Positions 26,210 through 30,281 of a stretch of DNA of 30,281 nucleotides are shown piece by piece. The stretch spans positions 1 through 30,281 of IMG/VR virus record IMGVR_UViG_3300020044_000285. One strand, given 5' to 3'. Positions within the stretch are counted from its first letter, which is position 1. The number at the start of each line of letters is the position of its first letter. The position numbers and the translations under genes are program-made. This stretch comes from a virus (Duplodnaviria; Caudoviricetes). The notes beneath the pieces were generated by a model, which had not been told where the DNA came from, made no database searches, and saw only the letters and a program-made list of their open reading frames with translations.

Positions 26210-26426
26210 AGGCAGTTCACCAAGACCATTCAAAGTAAGTAACGAAGAATATTCAAGCAGATGGGATGCCATTTTTGGAAAAGACAAGAAAGAATCTGAT
26301 AAAATTGAGGCAACAGCTACCTTTAGCGGGGGAAAAGGCGATTCATCACCGCCCTGCTGTTATTCCTCTGTGATGACTAACACCGATGATGAGGTGATAA
26401 ATGTTGACTCAAGAACAAGCAAATAG
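26202..26426 (+). CDS. Small hypothetical protein (MGKGSSPRP...WDAIFG), 3' part runs through the HNH leader
   Basis: ATG at 26202 with GGAGG RBS. The C-terminal half overlaps the promoter and structured RNA and may be fortuitous. Confidence 0.6.
   Translation: MGKGSSPRPFKVSNEEYSSRWDAIFGKDKKESDKIEATATFSGGKGDSSPPCCYSSVMTNTDDEVINVDSRTSK
26307..26368 (+). ncRNA. Candidate three-way-junction leader RNA, copy 2
   Basis: P1 GAGG.AACAGC/GCTGTT...CCTC; TA; P2 CCTT/GGGG; GAAAA; P3 GGCG/CGCC with loop ATTCATCAC; CT. Preceded by TGaTAAAAT (26297-26305). Confidence 0.65.
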
Positions 26427-26883
26427 TCTTTTCCGTTATTCAGATGGAGAACTTATCCGTATTTCTGTAATTAGTAAAAAAACAAAAATAGGTGATATTG
26501 CTGGTCGTATTGGTAAAAGAGGATATAAATATCTGACCTTTTATCAAAAAAAATATTATGTACATAGAGTTATATGGCTGATGCACTATGGAACTTTGCC
26601 AAAAATTCTTGACCATATTGATGGCAATCCTTTAAATAACAGAATTGAAAATTTAAGAGAATGTTCTGATTCTGAAAATTTATGTAATGCAAAAATTAAA
26701 AGTAATAACACATCTGGAATAAAAGGTGTTTGTTGGTTTAAGCCACGACAAAAATGGAGAGCAAGAATAAATTTAAATAAAAAAGAGTATCACTTAGGAT
26801 ATTTTGATACTAAAGAAGAAGCTGAAATTGCAGTAGTTAATGCGAGACCAAAGATTCATAAAGAGTTTGCAAGATATGCGTAA
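26401..26883 (+). CDS. HNH homing endonuclease with C-terminal AP2 domain
   Basis: 'VHRVIW.M.YG..P..LDHIDGNPLNNRIENLR', 'NTSGIKGVCW...KWRARI......LGYF'; visibly AT-rich. Confidence 0.9.
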   Translation: MLTQEQANSLFRYSDGELIRISVISKKTKIGDIAGRIGKRGYKYLTFYQKKYYVHRVIWLMHYGTLPKILDHIDGNPLNNRIENLRECSDSENLCNAKIKSNNTSGIKGVCWFKPRQKWRARINLNKKEYHLGYFDTKEEAEIAVVNARPKIHKEFARYA

Positions 26884-27334
26884 AAGAACAAAAAGAAAGC
26901 ATTGGGCCTTACTGGATTGTGTTTCTCACGCCATCGTGGGGGCAGCGATAACTCACAGGGAGAGATTGGACAAACTAAGACTTCTTGAGTATTCAGCACT
27001 TGAATCCATTATCAAAGGTACTGGAACAGTCCAAGACTGGCGCAGTCTTGTTGATGTGCTTAATTTGGCAGAGACTATGGGACGAGCAGGGGTAGGCCCA
27101 GAAGTTCTACCAGTCTGTGAAAAAGCCCAGAAAGCACTACATGAGGCAGCACTAAGATACCAGTCAACTATGAGACTTGGATTAAGTGGAGAGGGAATTC
27201 AAGCCTGTCGTGATTTGATTGAATTTGCAGATTTGCAACAGTCCAGTATCCCAAGAAGTGAGTTTGAGAGATACATTCAGAAAACAAAAGACTACATTCG
27301 TTCACATGGAAAACAGGTGGTAGAGATTGAATAA
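26876..27334 (+). CDS. Hypothetical protein (152 aa, MRKRTKRK...)
   Basis: ATG at 26876 overlapping the end of the HNH gene; helical ORF. Confidence 0.7.
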   Translation: MRKRTKRKHWALLDCVSHAIVGAAITHRERLDKLRLLEYSALESIIKGTGTVQDWRSLVDVLNLAETMGRAGVGPEVLPVCEKAQKALHEAALRYQSTMRLGLSGEGIQACRDLIEFADLQQSSIPRSEFERYIQKTKDYIRSHGKQVVEIE

Positions 27335-27584
27335 CAGTTTTACCAAGCGTGAAAGACTGCATCTAGCAAGGATTAAAGAACTTCCTTGTGGGGTTTGTGG
27401 TCAGTCTGGCCCATCAGATGCTCACCATATTAAGCAGCATCATCAATACTTATGTATTCCTTTATGTAAAGACTGTCATCAAGGTAGTTTTAATGGAATT
27501 CATGGTCAGGCTAGGATTTGGTCAGTTTATAAACAAGACGAAATGTCGGTATTAAACGAGACGCTTGCAAAACTTATTGGATAG
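27327..27584 (+). CDS. Ref/DUF968-like HNH-fold zinc-binding nuclease
   Basis: 'LPCGVC....SDAHHI...IPLCKDCHQG..GIHG'. Confidence 0.75.
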   Translation: MNNSFTKRERLHLARIKELPCGVCGQSGPSDAHHIKQHHQYLCIPLCKDCHQGSFNGIHGQARIWSVYKQDEMSVLNETLAKLIG

Positions 27585-27621
27585 CGCACAATGGGACTTC
27601 CTGAGTTGCCATTGGGAATTT

Positions 27622-27646
27622 AGAGGGTCTTGTACCCTCTTTTTTT
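27622..27646 (+). terminator. Rho-independent terminator at end of early/middle region
   Basis: AGAGGGT-CTTGT-ACCCTCT followed by TTTTTT. Confidence 0.88.
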
Positions 27647-27682
27647 GTGTGAGATAATGTTTCAAACTCCATGAGGACAACC

Positions 27683-28189
27683 ATGTCTGGACTACTTGAG
27701 CCATCTGTAAAAATCGAGATTGAGATTCAAAACCAAGAGAAAAAAGGCGAAGCCTGTCCAGTTGCGACAGGTGACATTGCTGTCAATCTTGAGAATCGTC
27801 AGAAAGCCATTGATAAGGCTAACTATGGCCCTATGAATCCCAACGAATCCAACATGGATTACTGGCGTGAAATCTCTAAAGCATGGCGAATTGCTCCTGC
27901 ACAGGCTAAAAAGTCTCGTTGCGGTAACTGCGCTGCCTTTATCCAAACACCTAAGATGCTTGCTTGCATCGAATCTGGTCTTGAGATGGGTGATAACGAG
28001 ATGGACGCATGGGAAGTCATTGATGCTGGTGACTTAGGTTATTGCGAAGCTTTTGACTTTAAGTGTGCTTCTAAGCGTACCTGCGAAGCATGGATTAGTG
28101 GTGGGCCAATTACTCAGGAGAAAGACAATGGGAACAACGAATCAACAGGCTCTGGAGATGATGCAGAAGCTTATGCAGAAGAAGACTAA
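27683..28189 (+). CDS. Hypothetical protein with HiPIP-like Cys cluster
   Basis: ATG at 27683 with GAGGA RBS; 'RCGNCAAF...GYC..F.FKC...RTC.AW'. Confidence 0.7.
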   Translation: MSGLLEPSVKIEIEIQNQEKKGEACPVATGDIAVNLENRQKAIDKANYGPMNPNESNMDYWREISKAWRIAPAQAKKSRCGNCAAFIQTPKMLACIESGLEMGDNEMDAWEVIDAGDLGYCEAFDFKCASKRTCEAWISGGPITQEKDNGNNESTGSGDDAEAYAEED

Positions 28190-28250
28190 GCCCATGCCAG
28201 TCAGGGGTGAGCGTACTGCTAAGAACGCACAGAAGAAGCCTAAAAAGTGA
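28128..28250 (+). CDS. 40-aa basic peptide
   Basis: AGGAG RBS; MGTTNQQALEMMQKLMQKKTKPMPVRGERTAKNAQKKPKK. Confidence 0.6.
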   Translation: MGTTNQQALEMMQKLMQKKTKPMPVRGERTAKNAQKKPKK

Positions 28251-28498
28251 TTAAACGAGGCACAGAGCAGTTTTCTGGCTACAACAAGCCTAAGAAGACT
28301 CCTAACCATCCAACCAAGTCTCATGCTGTTTTGGCAAAGAGTGGTGAGGATGTGAAGCTTATTCGCTTTGGTCAACAAGGCGTAAAAGGTTCACCTGATG
28401 GCACGAAGCGTAACGAAGCGTTCAAGGCTCGTCACGCAGAGAATATTGCCAAAGGTAAGATGAGTGCAGCATATTGGGCTAACAAGGTTAAATGGTGA
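28247..28498 (+). CDS. Small basic protein
   Basis: 'KLIRFGQQG...R..AFKARH...SAAYWANKVKW', a recurrent viral small-protein pattern. Confidence 0.75.
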   Translation: MIKRGTEQFSGYNKPKKTPNHPTKSHAVLAKSGEDVKLIRFGQQGVKGSPDGTKRNEAFKARHAENIAKGKMSAAYWANKVKW

Positions 28499-28502
28499 AA
28501 CT

Positions 28503-28676
28503 ATGAAAACTCCTAAGATGAACAAAGTTGGCAAGGCTAAAGTGGCTACTGTCATGCATGAATTTGGCAAGGGTGAACTGCACTCTGGCAAAGGTGGAAA
28601 AGTAGTTAAGAATCCAAAGCAAGCTGTTGCTATTGCTATTAGTGAAGCTGCTCGTAAGATGGGCAGAATGAAATAA
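28503..28676 (+). CDS. Small basic protein (DUF6496-like)
   Basis: 'KV..VMHEF..G.LHSG...VV.NPKQAVAIAISEA'. Confidence 0.75.
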   Translation: MKTPKMNKVGKAKVATVMHEFGKGELHSGKGGKVVKNPKQAVAIAISEAARKMGRMK

Positions 28677-30085
28677 TGGCTGATTTAGGCGCATTTTTTG
28701 GTAATCCAAATTTACAGCGTCAAGTTGCTAGGGCTAGAGCCTTGGCAGAAAAGCGTGATGTAAATACATTAGTAGACCCTCGTACTTATGCTGCTGTACA
28801 AGGATTGCTAGGAACTGCCCCTGACCAGATGGGGTTTAGCGTTCTTCACCCTGATTACCAAAAGATTCGTGAAACAGCAGAGCCAGCCTATGCGTTAGGT
28901 TTATTGGCTCAAGCTGCGCCTTTATTAGCACCAATGACTAAAGGTTTACCAGTTGGTGCAAGCATTGAGAATGTTGGTAAAGATTTATCAGCTATCACTA
29001 TTGGCGATAGAACAATCCCTGTAACAATAAACCGAATTGATAAAAAAAGTGGTGGTCAATTAGTAAATGTAAATCCATCTGCTTTTGATGAGGCTTTTTC
29101 AAAAACAGGTTGGCAGTATGTTGGAGAAAAAGGAAAAGAAGGAATTTCAGGAAGATACGAGAAGTTTGAGAATTACCTAAAAGATGCAAAATCAATAGAA
29201 GCAAGTAATGTTTCAGTAAATAAAGATGGTGGTATCGTTTTTGGTGATGGAAGACATCGTTACGCTGTTCTGAGAGACATGGGGCTGGATGAATTGCCAA
29301 TTGTCATGGATAAAGAATCCATAAAAAATGCAAAGAAGTTTGGCTATCTTTCTGATTCATCTAAAAATCCAATTGCGCCAAGACAAGAAGCACTAGATAC
29401 AGCCCAAAGAAACGCTGCATTGCCTGTTGAAGAAGGTGGTCTAGGGCTGCCTAAAGACAATACTCCAGAAATGAGAGCAGAGGCAATGGGACATAATGTT
29501 CCTGCTTATCATGGAACAACTGTCTGGGAAGCTGACGATGGACGCAAGCTAGGCGACATTGAAGCCTTTAATCGTTTGGCATCTACTGAGATTGTCGGAC
29601 GCAAGCCATCTATTGACCAAATGGGAATCTGGGCATCTGATAGACCTGATGCTTCTGGTGCAGGAATGTACTCTGGAAGCCAAGGTGCTATCTATCCATT
29701 GCTATTACGCATGGAAAACCCAAAATCTACATCATTTGAGCAAATGGCTAGAACAGCCAGCAACTTATCAAGTGGTAAGGTTCTAAGTGCAACAGAAGTT
29801 CCAAAAGTCTCTGATGTTGAGCCATATCGTCAATTGCTTAAAGAGCAAGGATATGACTCCTTAATGCTTAAAGCAAAAGAAGGTTCTCCTTACACAGAGT
29901 TTGCAGACCAAACTGGTTATGTCTTGTTAGAGCCTAGCCAAGTAAGAAGCCGTTTTGCTGCTTTTGACCCAATGCGTAGGAATGAAGCAGATATTCTTGC
30001 TGGTGTGTTACCATTAGGACTACTGACAGACGAAGAACAGCGTAAAAAACTTTACGAACTTGTACCGACACTATTAGGTCAGTAA
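28676..30085 (+). CDS. Polyvalent protein: ParB/Srx-like domain + ADP-ribosyltransferase-like domain
   Basis: 'IVFGDGRHRYAVLRDMG...LPIV' (ParB-N). 'AYHGT...GIWAS...MY...IYPLLL...NP...GYDSL...YVLLEPSQVRSRFAAFDP' (ART-PolyVal-like). Confidence 0.65.
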   Translation: MADLGAFFGNPNLQRQVARARALAEKRDVNTLVDPRTYAAVQGLLGTAPDQMGFSVLHPDYQKIRETAEPAYALGLLAQAAPLLAPMTKGLPVGASIENVGKDLSAITIGDRTIPVTINRIDKKSGGQLVNVNPSAFDEAFSKTGWQYVGEKGKEGISGRYEKFENYLKDAKSIEASNVSVNKDGGIVFGDGRHRYAVLRDMGLDELPIVMDKESIKNAKKFGYLSDSSKNPIAPRQEALDTAQRNAALPVEEGGLGLPKDNTPEMRAEAMGHNVPAYHGTTVWEADDGRKLGDIEAFNRLASTEIVGRKPSIDQMGIWASDRPDASGAGMYSGSQGAIYPLLLRMENPKSTSFEQMARTASNLSSGKVLSATEVPKVSDVEPYRQLLKEQGYDSLMLKAKEGSPYTEFADQTGYVLLEPSQVRSRFAAFDPMRRNEADILAGVLPLGLLTDEEQRKKLYELVPTLLGQ

Positions 30086-30124
30086 TTACTAACTTAACCT
30101 TGACCAACCCTAGAGGAGTCAAAC

Positions 30125-30281
30125 ATGGCTGGAAGACCAATAAACAAACTACATCAGGAAGATGTACGCAAGAAAATACAGGTAAGTCAATTACTAAATG
30201 TCTTGCAAAATCATGCACTTGGTGTAGATGAAGACTTAAGTCCTACTCGGATGAAAGCAATTGAAATACTATTGCGTAAGT
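30125..30281 (+). CDS. Probable terminase small subunit (3' truncated)
   Basis: Read manually: MAGRPINKLHQEDVRKKIQVSQLLNVLQNHALG...TRMKAIEILLRK; GAGGAG RBS; position before the expected terL-portal block. Confidence 0.6.
   Translation, partial: MAGRPINKLHQEDVRKKIQVSQLLNVLQNHALGVDEDLSPTRMKAIEILLRK

Noticed and set aside
20082-26883. Group I introns or inteins around the two HNH genes
   Set aside because: Both HNH ORFs sit between separate genes with too little flanking sequence for an intron core; treated as free-standing.

Overview
The window covers most of a small tailed dsDNA phage genome with a podovirus-like (P22/BPP-1-type) structural layout, probably from a freshwater betaproteobacterial host (inference). 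Order: 3' end of the portal, a large repeat-bearing insert protein, scaffold, major capsid, adaptor/nozzle, three probable ejection proteins, tail fibre plus accessory fibre protein and chaperone, then a lysis region (holin, six small membrane/lipoprotein ORFs, Rz/Rz1-like nested spanins, GH19 endolysin). A leftward early operon follows (ERF annealase, SSB-like, HNH-AP2, MazG-like), then a divergent control region with a Cro-like gene, O/P-like replication genes, a nin-like region (VRR-NUC, NinB, micro-ORFs, second HNH-AP2, Ref-like), small basic proteins, a ParB+ADP-ribosyltransferase-like polyvalent protein and the start of a probable small terminase. No integrase, CI repressor, polymerase, tRNA, CRISPR or reverse transcriptase was seen. 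The strongest unexplained signals are non-coding. (1) Two sequence-divergent copies of one three-way-junction leader RNA (before the replication initiator and before an HNH gene) whose loop is complementary to two downstream repeats, one at the RBS. (2) A duplicated ~95-105 bp early promoter/leader unit. (3) An I-TevI-style promoter-in-hairpin switch before the other HNH gene. (4) An identical 12-bp junction in front of three consecutive micro-genes. All product names come from motif recognition and synteny, not database searches.
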